Shown: positions 1 to 9,600 of the stretch, piece by piece
How the letters are laid out: each line of letters opens with the position of its first letter
Numbering within the stretch: position 1 is the stretch's first letter
From: an uncultured virus (IMG/VR IMGVR_UViG_3300005573_000079)
Lineage: Duplodnaviria; Heunggongvirae; Uroviricota; Caudoviricetes; Crassvirales
DNA: 64,000 nt
Virus record (IMG/VR): IMGVR_UViG_3300005573_000079
Strand: one strand, 5' to 3'
Notes under the pieces: generated by a model
Databases searched by the model: none
What the model saw: only the letters and a program-made list of their open reading frames with translations
Told to the model about the DNA's origin: nothing
Translations under genes and position numbers: made by a program

Positions 1-217
1 CATTCTCGCCGTTACTTAAATCAACCCATTGTATTAAGCGCTCCAACTCATCTTGGTCTGGAAGTGATTGCTTTACTTTTTCCATTGTCTCATAATACAT
101 GGCAATTAAAGCATCAATGATATCTTCTTTTTCAACACTAATACCAAATGTTACCCTAATACCAATATGCTCATAATATGCTTGCATAGCAAGATTATCT
201 ATTTCTTGTGTTTTCAT
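1..217 (-). CDS. hypothetical protein, truncated by window edge (MKTQEIDNLAMQAYYEH...)
   Basis: ATG at 217, open frame to position 1; read manually. Confidence 0.6.
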   Translation of the reverse strand, partial: MKTQEIDNLAMQAYYEHIGIRVTFGISVEKEDIIDALIAMYYETMEKVKQSLPDQDELERLIQWVDLSNGEN

Positions 218-234
218 ATTAATTAAGTCTATTA

Positions 235-492
235 TTATTCATGTTCAATTGGCTTATTACATACTGAACATAAAAAGTGACTATTAATCATATACACTTG
301 ACGAGGTATAGAGCATTCACAATACAAGGATGAATTTCTTTTCTGTAACATGCTTTCTAAGACAGCATATCCCATCTTTTTGAGTTTGTGCACAATGAGA
401 CTATACTCATCGTATGTTACTGCTCTACTTATAGTTTGTTTAAACTCCTGAGCAATTTGTTCGGCTAATTTATCTACTTCCTCTGGTGTCAT
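235..492 (-). CDS. small hypothetical protein with C-terminal Cys cluster (CxC...CxxC), possible Zn finger
   Basis: ORF; CECS...CSVC. Confidence 0.55.
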   Translation of the reverse strand: MTPEEVDKLAEQIAQEFKQTISRAVTYDEYSLIVHKLKKMGYAVLESMLQKRNSSLYCECSIPRQVYMINSHFLCSVCNKPIEHE

Positions 493-504
493 AGTTATAT
501 GAAT

Positions 505-990
505 TTACTTTTTAAGTTTTTTGTAGAAGTTCTTCAATGCGGGTTGTTGCTTTACCAAAAATTTCCAATCTTTTTTATGCAATATATTGAATTTGTAATA
601 CTCAACATATTGTGGTCTTTCAAGCAGTAATACAATCCAATCAAATCTATCCAATTTTTCCCAACCACAAATATTTGCAAATTGTGGTTGGTGAGATAAT
701 AGATAAACCCAATTATATCCCTCAAACTTATTCCATTGACACAGTTCAGCATATTTAGGCTGACGTGATAAAAGACTTGCCCAATCTACTCCATTTAATT
801 TATCCCACGGACAATGTTCTTCAAACTGAACATAACCTCTGGAAAGTCTCCATAATCTTAATTTGAGTGGACACTTTTCAAATACTTCCTGTAATGTTTT
901 ACAAGAATGATTGAATTCTATACCTTCTATACAAGCATCGTTAATTTCCCACTCTTTATGAAGTTCTTCAAGTGAGTTAAATGTTTTCAT
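505..990 (-). CDS. Trp/Leu helical-repeat protein, paralog A1
   Basis: ATG at 990 (MKTFNSLEEL); ~22-aa repeats C.W.KL....W..LL..QP; paralogs at 1270 and 23813. Confidence 0.75.
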   Translation of the reverse strand: MKTFNSLEELHKEWEINDACIEGIEFNHSCKTLQEVFEKCPLKLRLWRLSRGYVQFEEHCPWDKLNGVDWASLLSRQPKYAELCQWNKFEGYNWVYLLSHQPQFANICGWEKLDRFDWIVLLLERPQYVEYYKFNILHKKDWKFLVKQQPALKNFYKKLKK

Positions 991-994
991 AGTA

Positions 995-1231
995 TTACTT
1001 ATTCCAATTTCCAAATTCAATATAATCAGACCATGGTTCAGGAATTTCCATTATTTCATTGTTCGTAACAAAAAAATTTTTGCTTGTATAATCATTTTCA
1101 CAAGTAATGAAAACTCCGTTTTCTTTTGAGCTTTTCAATCTTGCTAATGGGTAAATAACCATATCCATGTTAGTTCCATATTCTTTTACCCAATTTTCCA
1201 GAAAATTTTGGAAATTTGTAATTGCTCCCAT
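995..1231 (-). CDS. hypothetical protein
   Basis: ORF in tightly packed minus-strand run. Confidence 0.55.
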   Translation of the reverse strand: MGAITNFQNFLENWVKEYGTNMDMVIYPLARLKSSKENGVFITCENDYTSKNFFVTNNEIMEIPEPWSDYIEFGNWNK

Positions 1232-1269
1232 ATTATTATTTTTTAATTTTTTGTAAAATACTAATAAAA

Positions 1270-1695
1270 TCAGGGTCTTTGTGATTTGAGTTTTTTTGGT
1301 TTATATACTCTTAATTGGGGGTGACGTTGCAAAAGATATTTCCAATTAAGTTTTTCTAATGTTCTTACATCACAGTATTTTATAAGTCTGGGATGATTAT
1401 ACAGCAGGAAATTTCTGAAATAATTATCCAATTTGTTCCAATCACAATACTTTGCGTATTGTGGCTTTTCAACAAGTAATCTCCTCCACTGTTCTCCAGT
1501 TAATTTATCCCATGGACAATGTTCTGCAAACTGTGTATATCCACGCCTAAGTCTCCACACTCTAAAATCAAGTGGGCACTTTTCAAAAACCTCCTGCAAT
1601 GTTTTGCAGGAGTGATTGAATTTTTTACCTTCCTCGCAAGCTCCATTGATTTCCCATTCGGCATGAAGTTCCTCGAGTGTTTTGAAAGTTTTCAT
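1270..1695 (-). CDS. Trp/Leu helical-repeat protein, paralog A2
   Basis: same N-terminus (LEELH.EWEINGAC.EG..FNHSCKTLQEVFEKCPL) and repeats as 505 and 23813. Confidence 0.8.
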   Translation of the reverse strand: MKTFKTLEELHAEWEINGACEEGKKFNHSCKTLQEVFEKCPLDFRVWRLRRGYTQFAEHCPWDKLTGEQWRRLLVEKPQYAKYCDWNKLDNYFRNFLLYNHPRLIKYCDVRTLEKLNWKYLLQRHPQLRVYKPKKLKSQRP

Positions 1696-1706
1696 ATTAC
1701 ATAATA

Positions 1707-2015
1707 TTAAGGTAATATATTTAGATAGTGAGTAATAAAGAAGTCATAAGCAGATAACCCCGACTTCCTTACTTTCTCGTTGAATGTATTTACCATCTCT
1801 ACTATGATAGTTTTGTCCTTTCTCATAATGGTAAATACTCTTGGGCCTTCACAGTTATCAAGATAACATACATAGATAGTTTCAGACTTTGTTATGAAAG
1901 GCCAGGTTAAATTTTCATGCTCATCTTTATGAGTAGAAATCTCCTCTTTTAAAATATCATAGATTTCCTCATAAGGCGTTGGCTTAGTTACTTTAGGTAA
2001 ATCTTTTGTGTTCAT
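1707..2015 (-). CDS. hypothetical protein
   Basis: ORF, packing. Confidence 0.6.
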   Translation of the reverse strand: MNTKDLPKVTKPTPYEEIYDILKEEISTHKDEHENLTWPFITKSETIYVCYLDNCEGPRVFTIMRKDKTIIVEMVNTFNEKVRKSGLSAYDFFITHYLNILP

Positions 2016-2080
2016 ATTTTAACTTTTTAAGTTTTGTAGGAATAGCTAATATGTCAAGGACTTTCACGATACGTTTTTAC

Positions 2081-2323
2081 TTAGATATCATTCGTCTTTT
2101 TTGGTAGCTCTTCAGAATGGATATTACCAATCTTAAGATATTTTCCTTCATAAAACAAGAGAGTGTACACATCCATAATATCGGCAGGAATGTAAAAATA
2201 ATCTCCCCCATAACAGTAAACAAATGTAGGCTCATTGTTTTGCTGCCCAAGATATGTAACTTTATCCGTGTCAACAATAAAAGTTTTTTTACTAAACTGT
2301 GAATAAATCTCAATTTTTTTCAT
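2081..2323 (-). CDS. hypothetical protein
   Basis: ORF with ATG after AT-rich leader. Confidence 0.55.
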   Translation of the reverse strand: MKKIEIYSQFSKKTFIVDTDKVTYLGQQNNEPTFVYCYGGDYFYIPADIMDVYTLLFYEGKYLKIGNIHSEELPKKTNDI

Positions 2324-2356
2324 AATTGAACTGTTTTAGGTTATACATTAAATATG

Positions 2357-2644
2357 TTAGATAGCTTCATAACCAGCTTTGTTTAGTATGTCTTTTATTA
2401 TTTTGTCAGCATACTCATTTTTTAATTTTTTTACAATCTCACTTCCAATAATAGTACCTGGAACAAACATATACTCAAGTGAAAAATCAAATTCTTGGCC
2501 ATTTAATTTTTGTCCTTTAATACGTATGTACCGTAAATGAGGAGGTAGTATTTCTAAGAATTTGTCTTTTAACTTATCAAGGTCTTGTTCGGCTTTGCGG
2601 ATAGCAAGCTCATTAATAACTTCGTTTAATCTGTTGGTTTCCAT
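2357..2644 (-). CDS. hypothetical protein
   Basis: ORF, packing. Confidence 0.6.
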   Translation of the reverse strand: METNRLNEVINELAIRKAEQDLDKLKDKFLEILPPHLRYIRIKGQKLNGQEFDFSLEYMFVPGTIIGSEIVKKLKNEYADKIIKDILNKAGYEAI

Positions 2645-2711
2645 AGTTGTGAATTTTTAAGATTAATAAACTGATTGATAATATTATAGAGCTCTATTGG
2701 CTCTTTATAGA

Positions 2712-3035
2712 CTATCTCCAAGATTCTGGGCAGATAACAATTACGGTAGCTCCCTCACGTTCTAGTACATACTTATGTCCAGGTTGCCCTTTTAAATCAT
2801 TAAAATAACATTCACTTATATAAGCATGCTCAATTTCAGGTAATTCACTTTGACAATCTTCTATTTCTTTCTTATCTACTACTTCAAAGTCAGTTGGAAG
2901 TACTAATTTGCTTCCTAAAGGTGTTATTACAGGTAATCCTTCTTGATTCCCCCAATAACAAGATATTAGAAGGCTAGACTCTGGATATATAACTATGCCA
3001 GAACTTTTGTCAGTAATATCATATAATCTTTTCAT
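2712..3035 (-). CDS. hypothetical protein
   Basis: ORF, packing. Confidence 0.6.
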   Translation of the reverse strand: MKRLYDITDKSSGIVIYPESSLLISCYWGNQEGLPVITPLGSKLVLPTDFEVVDKKEIEDCQSELPEIEHAYISECYFNDLKGQPGHKYVLEREGATVIVICPESWR

Positions 3036-3046
3036 AAGTTAAAGAT

Positions 3047-3277
3047 TTAAAGAGATTTAAGAATACTCATTAGCTCATCTTCTATATTTTCAAAAGATAA
3101 AGCTAAAATACATGATGCAAAAGCTAATGTCTCACCTGAATATCTCTTACATAATTCTCTGTAAGCTTCTGATTTTCTGTCACAAGAGAATACCAACTCT
3201 GTGCAAAGATTAACAATTTCATCCTTTGTTTCTTTAGGAATATCTAAGGCTTCCCAAAGTGTTTTTTCTGCTTCCAT
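3047..3277 (-). CDS. small helical protein, paralog B1
   Basis: similar to 22167 and 22434 ORFs (L..A.[GD]I...K/T...; KS....L...YSG..LAF). Confidence 0.65.
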   Translation of the reverse strand: MEAEKTLWEALDIPKETKDEIVNLCTELVFSCDRKSEAYRELCKRYSGETLAFASCILALSFENIEDELMSILKSL

Positions 3278-3302
3278 AGTAATATGTTTTAGTTGTTTTT
3301 AT

Positions 3303-4226
3303 TTAAGGTAGCATTGCGACATATCTTAATACAGTCTTGTCAGGCATAATATCATTATCCCTATAATGAACCATATACCTATCAGACGTATTATTAAGTT
3401 CAGTACTCCACCTATACCCCGTTACTGGATTATATATAATGTCAAGAATTTTAGCTAGTAATGTCTTTCCGCACAATCCTCTTATAACCGCATTTCCAAC
3501 ATCCATTTTTATATATATCCATTGTAGAATTTTCTTGCCCACACTATCTGGGAGTACGTGTAACTGCCAGGCTGCTATATGACGTGCATAAGCAGGGAAT
3601 AACAACTTAGCCCATTTATTGTAGGTTTTTTTGCCACAGAAAGATTCGTCAAGTTGGCTTAACATATACAGTTCTTCTCTGTCTAACCTGAATATTACCC
3701 TTACTGCATAATTCCATAGCATAGTAAAGAACATCTGGGGTATCATAATAAGGTAATAGATGAAGTTCCATATCTTACTTGATAGTATTATTCTTGCCGG
3801 TTCAGAAAATAACTCTTTTGAGTCTTTAATTGCATCTCTTAGCACAATATTTTCCCATATCCACATATCAATAGTTCTATTGAATTTATCAGATACTGCC
3901 CACTTCCTAAGCCTTATAAATAGTCTTGCGCAAATTTTTAATACTGGGTCATCTATTTCACGATATGCTTTACTCATTGCCATCACCCAGTAAATAGTAT
4001 GGTCTCTTGAAGTATCGTAGTGGTCTTGACAGGTTGGATGTCTATATAGACGCATAGTTTCTTCTGCAACAGTTAATGTTGCAGTGTGCAGAAGTGGATA
4101 AGCATATTCAGGTTTACCTGTAGCCATATACATTAGAGCTAATGTACCTATACTATCTCCCTTACCTTCATCTACAGTATTAGATGAGTCAAGGATAAAA
4201 CCATAATTGTCAATATATCTTGCCAT
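3303..4226 (-). CDS. hypothetical protein (~307 aa) with RHP...SRDH motif and hydrophobic segments
   Basis: long ORF; ATG at 4226 lies downstream of terminator hairpin. Confidence 0.65.
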   Translation of the reverse strand: MARYIDNYGFILDSSNTVDEGKGDSIGTLALMYMATGKPEYAYPLLHTATLTVAEETMRLYRHPTCQDHYDTSRDHTIYWVMAMSKAYREIDDPVLKICARLFIRLRKWAVSDKFNRTIDMWIWENIVLRDAIKDSKELFSEPARIILSSKIWNFIYYLIMIPQMFFTMLWNYAVRVIFRLDREELYMLSQLDESFCGKKTYNKWAKLLFPAYARHIAAWQLHVLPDSVGKKILQWIYIKMDVGNAVIRGLCGKTLLAKILDIIYNPVTGYRWSTELNNTSDRYMVHYRDNDIMPDKTVLRYVAMLP

Positions 4227-4250
4227 ATACTCTCTTATTTTGGTTAAACA

Positions 4251-4282
4251 TAAATAAAGGAGAGAGCACATGGCTCTCTCCT
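4251..4282 (-). terminator. intrinsic terminator
   Basis: AGGAGAGAGC-catgt-GCTCTCTCCT followed by TTATTTA on minus strand. Confidence 0.6.
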
Positions 4283-4452
4283 ATGGTTAATAAAGTGCAT
4301 ACTCCTTATTTTTTAATACTGCATATACAGCCTCAATGTAATAAGGAGGAAGATTGTACCTTTTCATACATAAATCCATATACCTGCGTGCTGCAGGTAA
4401 CTGCTCCTTTCTGGTACAATCATTAATTACACGTAGGAGCTTAATTACAACA

Positions 4453-4914
4453 TCATTCAATGTCATGGCTGTAATGAGTTATGACTATAGCAAAAGCTTC
4501 TGATTTAAGTATTTGCTGCACAGACCATCTCTTATCTACCCAGAAGTGGCGTGTAAATGCTGCTTTATCCAGCACAAAAGCCTGATATAGTTCATATGTA
4601 TTGGACAGGTCAAGGTCCGGTGGATACACTGCTCTGGTAATAACTATGTCATCAGCAGTCTTATCATTATCTGCCACTAACCTCCAGAAGTCTCTCATAC
4701 AATCATCCAAACCTACAAGTGAACTTTTATACAGAGCAATATATACATCCTGAGCATTCTCAGTCCATTCCTTAGGATTATTTAATCTTATAAAGCTGCC
4801 CCAGTGTGGGTCATCATCCTGTGGTACAGCTTGTGATGGGGAAAAGCCACGAATTTGAGAAAATACAGTTAAAGAAGTTAATGCAAATAGCATTAAAAGA
4901 AATAATCTTTTCAT
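4453..4914 (-). CDS. secreted/periplasmic protein with Sec signal peptide
   Basis: MKRLFLLMLFALTSLTVFS|Q. Confidence 0.7.
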   Translation of the reverse strand: MKRLFLLMLFALTSLTVFSQIRGFSPSQAVPQDDDPHWGSFIRLNNPKEWTENAQDVYIALYKSSLVGLDDCMRDFWRLVADNDKTADDIVITRAVYPPDLDLSNTYELYQAFVLDKAAFTRHFWVDKRWSVQQILKSEAFAIVITHYSHDIE

Positions 4915-4944
4915 AATACAAAACTTTAAATTGTTAATACTTGG

Positions 4945-5946
4945 TTATTCAAGGTCTTCTGGACTTATAAACACCTCATCATTTATTGAGTTAGGTGCAG
5001 AAGTCCAATCATTTGTTTTAATCCTTCTAATAGCTTCGATAAGTAATGACTTAATAGACCTGCCTTCTTTAGCATCATAATAGAATATAGCATGAGCAAG
5101 CTTTGGCGGAAGATAATATGCTGTAACATTTCTTCTTCCTGTCTTCTCTATTGCTATGAAAGCAGAAGTACGTATCATTGGCTTTGAACTATCTGAAGAT
5201 AAGTGCTTGGTCAGAAGGTACTCATAGAAAGCCAGTTGATAATGTAGACTGTACTTCTTGATGCTAGTTACAAAATCACCTGTATAAGTCTTTATATCAA
5301 CTACACGATATGAACCATCCTTATACTTAATGACCATGTCCAGCAATCCCTTGATTGGGTATTTACCTTCAATCTCTTCACAGGCATACTCTTCTACAAG
5401 AGGCACTTGATACTCAATAGATTCTACATCTTTGAATATCTCTGACTTAGCCTTGAAAGATTCATATGCATCGAGCAACTGCATGGCTTTCTCATGGTCC
5501 TCTCTTGTGATGATGACTCTATCTGTTGACTCAGCAATGTACTTTACATCAATATAAGACTTTGCCTTAGCAACAGCATTAAGTATAGTAGCAGCCTTCC
5601 ATGATGGATTAAATCCAATCCTATCTCTTGCTGTAAAGATAAGAGTTTCTTCATCCAGACCAGAGTCTTTATTCTCAATCTTCAACCTTACAATCTCATC
5701 AGCAAAGTCCTTCATGCCTGGTGTTAACCTTGGTAAGTCCACAATGATAAATCTATCTTCTACCTCTTCAGGACTTGTGATAAGAGCATCTACATAAGAC
5801 CCAAAGTCAAGTGCCTGACTCTTTCTCTCCTCCTTGTTAGTTAACATCTCATATACTCCATATGGGTCCTTTGCTAATTGTATTAACATGCTTGCATTGA
5901 TACCCTCAATTTTGGAGTATTCTTCATACTTACTACTCTTACTCAT
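4945..5946 (-). CDS. PD-(D/E)xK exonuclease (RecB/exonuclease VIII-like)
   Basis: KGLLD...VVDIKT...YQLAFY motifs; N-terminal NAS.L...FGS.VD. Confidence 0.8.
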   Translation of the reverse strand: MSKSSKYEEYSKIEGINASMLIQLAKDPYGVYEMLTNKEERKSQALDFGSYVDALITSPEEVEDRFIIVDLPRLTPGMKDFADEIVRLKIENKDSGLDEETLIFTARDRIGFNPSWKAATILNAVAKAKSYIDVKYIAESTDRVIITREDHEKAMQLLDAYESFKAKSEIFKDVESIEYQVPLVEEYACEEIEGKYPIKGLLDMVIKYKDGSYRVVDIKTYTGDFVTSIKKYSLHYQLAFYEYLLTKHLSSDSSKPMIRTSAFIAIEKTGRRNVTAYYLPPKLAHAIFYYDAKEGRSIKSLLIEAIRRIKTNDWTSAPNSINDEVFISPEDLE

Positions 5947-6838
5947 TGTTTGTTTGCTTTAAATTATTACCTACTGTTATTACTTTAGTTGCAATTTTCT
6001 CAAGTACTTCAGGACGAATTACATGAAGTAGCTTATCAGCCAGTCCATCTACACGTTCAACAAGTATGCAAGGGTCATTACCATTCTTAGTAAGTTCCTT
6101 ATTAATAGCTTTTGCTGAGTAAATTAAGTTCCCTACTACACTCCGCATAAGCCTATTAATGTACTTACCATACTTAAGGAAGAACGCATCAACATAGATG
6201 ATGTTAGAGTATTGCATAGATAGAGTAAGACGTTCACTATATTGATGCTTTGCTACGTATGCTTTTAACAATATAAAAGGCATTATTATCCTTGGGATAT
6301 AAATCTTCTTATCATCCACAATGAGATAATCAAATGCATTGTTAATAATGATAGGAGCACTTTGAGTTCCTGCCATATACATAGCACCACATGCTGTTGT
6401 TGCTACCTCTCCTAATGTTAAAGGGGCATGGAGAGGAAAGCTAGCACGCTGCTCAGGTTTAACTGAAACTGCTAATCTGGGATAACTTAATCTGGTAACA
6501 TCAATAGATGTAGCAGCCCATTCGTATGGTCCTGGTAATATGATAGCTTCCCAATTAGCAATCTTTATTGTACTATCTGGAGAATAACAGATGCTATACC
6601 TCTTTGGTAGTTGACTAGTTAATATATAGAACATAGGATATCTTGGATGGTCTTCCCTGGCATAATCAACAAGTACACTGCCATTAAGACCTGATATCAT
6701 AGGAACCTCAGCCTTGTCCAAGGCTCTAGTTATACGCTCTGTACTGACAATAACCCGTGCTCTACTATTTACTTTGTCAATATTAACCATTCTATCATCC
6801 TCATAAGGCGCTCTGATTATCCTGTGTTCTGCTGCCAT
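5939..6838 (-). CDS. hypothetical protein coupled to the Ubl/E1 operon
   Basis: 299-aa ORF overlapping the E1 stop and the nuclease start. Confidence 0.7.
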   Translation of the reverse strand: MAAEHRIIRAPYEDDRMVNIDKVNSRARVIVSTERITRALDKAEVPMISGLNGSVLVDYAREDHPRYPMFYILTSQLPKRYSICYSPDSTIKIANWEAIILPGPYEWAATSIDVTRLSYPRLAVSVKPEQRASFPLHAPLTLGEVATTACGAMYMAGTQSAPIIINNAFDYLIVDDKKIYIPRIIMPFILLKAYVAKHQYSERLTLSMQYSNIIYVDAFFLKYGKYINRLMRSVVGNLIYSAKAINKELTKNGNDPCILVERVDGLADKLLHVIRPEVLEKIATKVITVGNNLKQTNNE

Positions 6839-7577
6839 GGGTAAAATCCTCCAATGTTAATAGTTTACGTGTAAACATCATACCCTGTTCAGAATAATAT
6901 ACAGGTACTACATAGTCACTGCCATGGTTGTATGCTATGAAAGCAGTTACTCCATGCACAATCTTTGCAGCTATATTAGCTGCAAAGTGTGTAGTAGACT
7001 TGAATGAACATGGCAAGTCCATACCTTCACCCTCAGCAAATAGGCTTTCTTCATAGAATTTTATGATTTTATCATATACATCTGAAGGCATAGAAGTTGG
7101 TCCTGGCACAAAGTAAATCTCAAAGGACTCTGCGGTCAGCCTTGCATCTATGAGCATTTCAATTTCTTCTGTATGCTGCATATTTCTCCATGTATCATAC
7201 AAAGTTTTCCTGGATGTAATACTATCTGTAGCTGCAATGACTATATTATGGCCATTTACATTGTAGTCACGCTCAATCCAGCTGGCACGTGATTCTACAA
7301 GTATATTTGAAGGAGCATATAGTGCAATAGCTCTACCTATTGCATTTACCTTGAGACTTCCCACATCTCTTATTGAATATAGCTGCCCTGCCAGATTCAA
7401 GGGTGATACATAATCAAAGTCCACAAGCATTATTTCGTGGAATATGCCTGTTCTTGCAAGAAAGAGAGCTGTCCATGAGCCTATGCTACCAACACCTACT
7501 ATAGCTGCACTTAATTTATCCTGGGATGGCTTTGCCCAGGGTGCAGCGCTAAATCTAAATGTATGCTGTTGTTCCAT
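6801..7577 (-). CDS. ThiF/E1-like ubiquitin-like-protein activating enzyme
   Basis: VGVGSIG nucleotide-binding loop, DFDYVSPLNLAGQ, K, ATDS, DARL, candidate catalytic Cys in LPCSFKST. Confidence 0.88.
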   Translation of the reverse strand: MEQQHTFRFSAAPWAKPSQDKLSAAIVGVGSIGSWTALFLARTGIFHEIMLVDFDYVSPLNLAGQLYSIRDVGSLKVNAIGRAIALYAPSNILVESRASWIERDYNVNGHNIVIAATDSITSRKTLYDTWRNMQHTEEIEMLIDARLTAESFEIYFVPGPTSMPSDVYDKIIKFYEESLFAEGEGMDLPCSFKSTTHFAANIAAKIVHGVTAFIAYNHGSDYVVPVYYSEQGMMFTRKLLTLEDFTHGSRTQDNQSAL

Positions 7578-7588
7578 ATTAAAATAGT

Positions 7589-8491
7589 TTAGTAGTCAAC
7601 CCCTCGTCCATATAAGTCTTTCCATACAGAGTCTTCATAGGTAAGGCCTGTTGTTTTGTTTATCTTTGAGCCTTTTGTAGTATACTCTTTCACTGGCTCA
7701 GGCTGCCAATGATAAGTAGGGTCATAACCTGTATTATAAGAAGGATACTTAGGTTTGTTGCTCATTGTAGCCATGACAGAGAGAGCTTCTGTGAAAGCAC
7801 TTTCTTCAGGTTCTTCCATCTCTACATTAACATCAAATGTTTCTATTCCTATTGTTTCCTCAGTAGATTCTTCTGTAGCAATAGTTTTTCTCAATGATTC
7901 TCCTGTGATAGGATTCTTACACTCAGCATAACCTGTTTTTCTTATCACTATATTCTCTTTAACTGGAATGGCTATCTTAGCTACTACGTCAAGATTATTG
8001 TTTACAATGACAGACAGGTATGTTTCATACACATCAACGTTGTTAATAAGTTCAGTTATATCTGTAGTACTGAAGAATACGGCCATAGTGTTATGAGAAT
8101 GTATCAATCCATACTTACACTCTTGCAAGTGTTCGTATTTATCGTACAGTTCAATAAGTTCTTTTTCCAGTGTTGCAGATACAGCTGCTCCTGTGCCTGT
8201 AGCAATAGGGATAAGCTCAATAGCAGTCATAAGAATCTCTACCTTGTTCTTAGCTGATGAAGATACTTCTGACTTATAGAATAATAGTCCTTGCCACTCA
8301 ATGCTATAGTTAGTAAGGCACATAAGTTGTATCTTACTTACAATATCACTTGGTATAAAGAGCTTTGCTCTAATATGTTCAAGCTCTTTAGTGAATAAGT
8401 TTTCACCCTGGTACTTAGCTTCTACTTTTGCTTCGTACCCTGCGTACTTTTTTGTGTTCATAGTAGCCGTTTTTTTCTTTTGTTTTTTCAT
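7589..8491 (-). CDS. JAB/MPN+ metalloprotease (deubiquitinase-like)
   Basis: EWQG ... HSHNTMAVFFSTTD = E...HxH-x7-S-x2-D. Confidence 0.88.
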   Translation of the reverse strand: MKKQKKKTATMNTKKYAGYEAKVEAKYQGENLFTKELEHIRAKLFIPSDIVSKIQLMCLTNYSIEWQGLLFYKSEVSSSAKNKVEILMTAIELIPIATGTGAAVSATLEKELIELYDKYEHLQECKYGLIHSHNTMAVFFSTTDITELINNVDVYETYLSVIVNNNLDVVAKIAIPVKENIVIRKTGYAECKNPITGESLRKTIATEESTEETIGIETFDVNVEMEEPEESAFTEALSVMATMSNKPKYPSYNTGYDPTYHWQPEPVKEYTTKGSKINKTTGLTYEDSVWKDLYGRGVDY

Positions 8492-9533
8492 AATACTGAC
8501 TGTTTACGTAACTTACTGGTACTGATATATCTCCTGCTGAAATGTTTATACACGAAGCTATTTGGTCAAATTCTACCATCACAGGTTTAGTATTTATAAT
8601 ATTGAATATGGCATCTTCTGGTGCTTCCATATCTACGATTACATCTATAGTAGTATCTTTAAACTCTATGGTGGTGCTTGATAGTGACTCTATTGTATAA
8701 ATACACTTCTTCTGTATACTTCTTATCTCATCAGGTGACAATTCAGATATTATCTTATTTAACTGTTTACCTGTATAAGTATCTTCTAACTTGCCAACAA
8801 CATGATAGTAGTCTCCAACACCTGGTATAGACAGTTCAAATATGCGCTCTTTTTGTATAGGCTTAGCACTGTATGATTGCATGAACTTACTAAGAGATTC
8901 CGTAACAAATTGTGAGTAAAGTCTATACACTCCAACGGTATTTTGTGTCCTTATTATTGGATATAAGTTGATAGCAAGACCTTCAATCTTTGGCTGCAGC
9001 GAGCCTACTAATGTATTTTCTATTGTAGCATTAAACTTTTCTTTCTCATGCGGTATATACAGCCACTCATAGAATTTTCCCAGTATGTCTCTAGTCACAG
9101 TTCCCAGACACATAAGACCTGCATTACGTCTAATAGTGGATACATGAGGATGTATAAACAAAGCACCATCACCCACCTCGTAGTACTTAAATCTGGACCT
9201 ATTTATGCTTATTGTAATATCACGTATGGTAAATGTAGCAGTATCTTTGAAGGAGCTGAAGTAAATAAATGCAAAGGGTATACGTATAGTTACAAACACG
9301 TCATGTAGTGTGTAGGTAGCAGTAGTTTCAACATCTATCATTTCAACAGAAGGGAAATATACTACAACATCTATGGAACTAGAACCTTTGTGAGCATGGA
9401 TGTCAACTCTTTCCTCACCAAAGATGTCATAAAATACTTTCCGTATCATATCAGTAAGTATATTTACTATTCTATTTAACATTTCACTCTCAGTAAGTAA
9501 CTCAGGCTGAGGAGTATTATTTGTCTGTTCCAT
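8415..9533 (-). CDS. prokaryotic E2-like conjugating enzyme
   Basis: FIHPHVS...LMCLG resembles E2 HPN...C; context between Ubl and JAB/E1. Confidence 0.7.
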   Translation of the reverse strand: MEQTNNTPQPELLTESEMLNRIVNILTDMIRKVFYDIFGEERVDIHAHKGSSSIDVVVYFPSVEMIDVETTATYTLHDVFVTIRIPFAFIYFSSFKDTATFTIRDITISINRSRFKYYEVGDGALFIHPHVSTIRRNAGLMCLGTVTRDILGKFYEWLYIPHEKEKFNATIENTLVGSLQPKIEGLAINLYPIIRTQNTVGVYRLYSQFVTESLSKFMQSYSAKPIQKERIFELSIPGVGDYYHVVGKLEDTYTGKQLNKIISELSPDEIRSIQKKCIYTIESLSSTTIEFKDTTIDVIVDMEAPEDAIFNIINTKPVMVEFDQIASCINISAGDISVPVSYVNSQYYEKTKEKNGYYEHKKVRRVRSKSRS

Positions 9534-9556
9534 TGTTAATGAATTTAAGGTTAGAT

Positions 9557-9587
9557 AAGAAAAGGGGGTATATTTCTATACCCCCTT
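9557..9587 (-). terminator. intrinsic terminator between Ubl and E2 genes
   Basis: AAGGGGGTATA-GAAA-TATACCCCCTT then TTCTT. Confidence 0.7.
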
Positions 9588-9600
9588 CAACTCACAGAAA

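Noticed and set aside
4400..4450. Possible additional pseudoknot (GCUCCU/AGGAGC with UAAUUA stem)
   Set aside because: Weak AU-only stem and atypical spacing; could be chance
6801..7577. Thiamine/molybdopterin biosynthesis ThiF/MoeB
   Set aside because: No ThiG, MoaE or sulfurtransferase nearby; neighbours are E2-like and JAB genes
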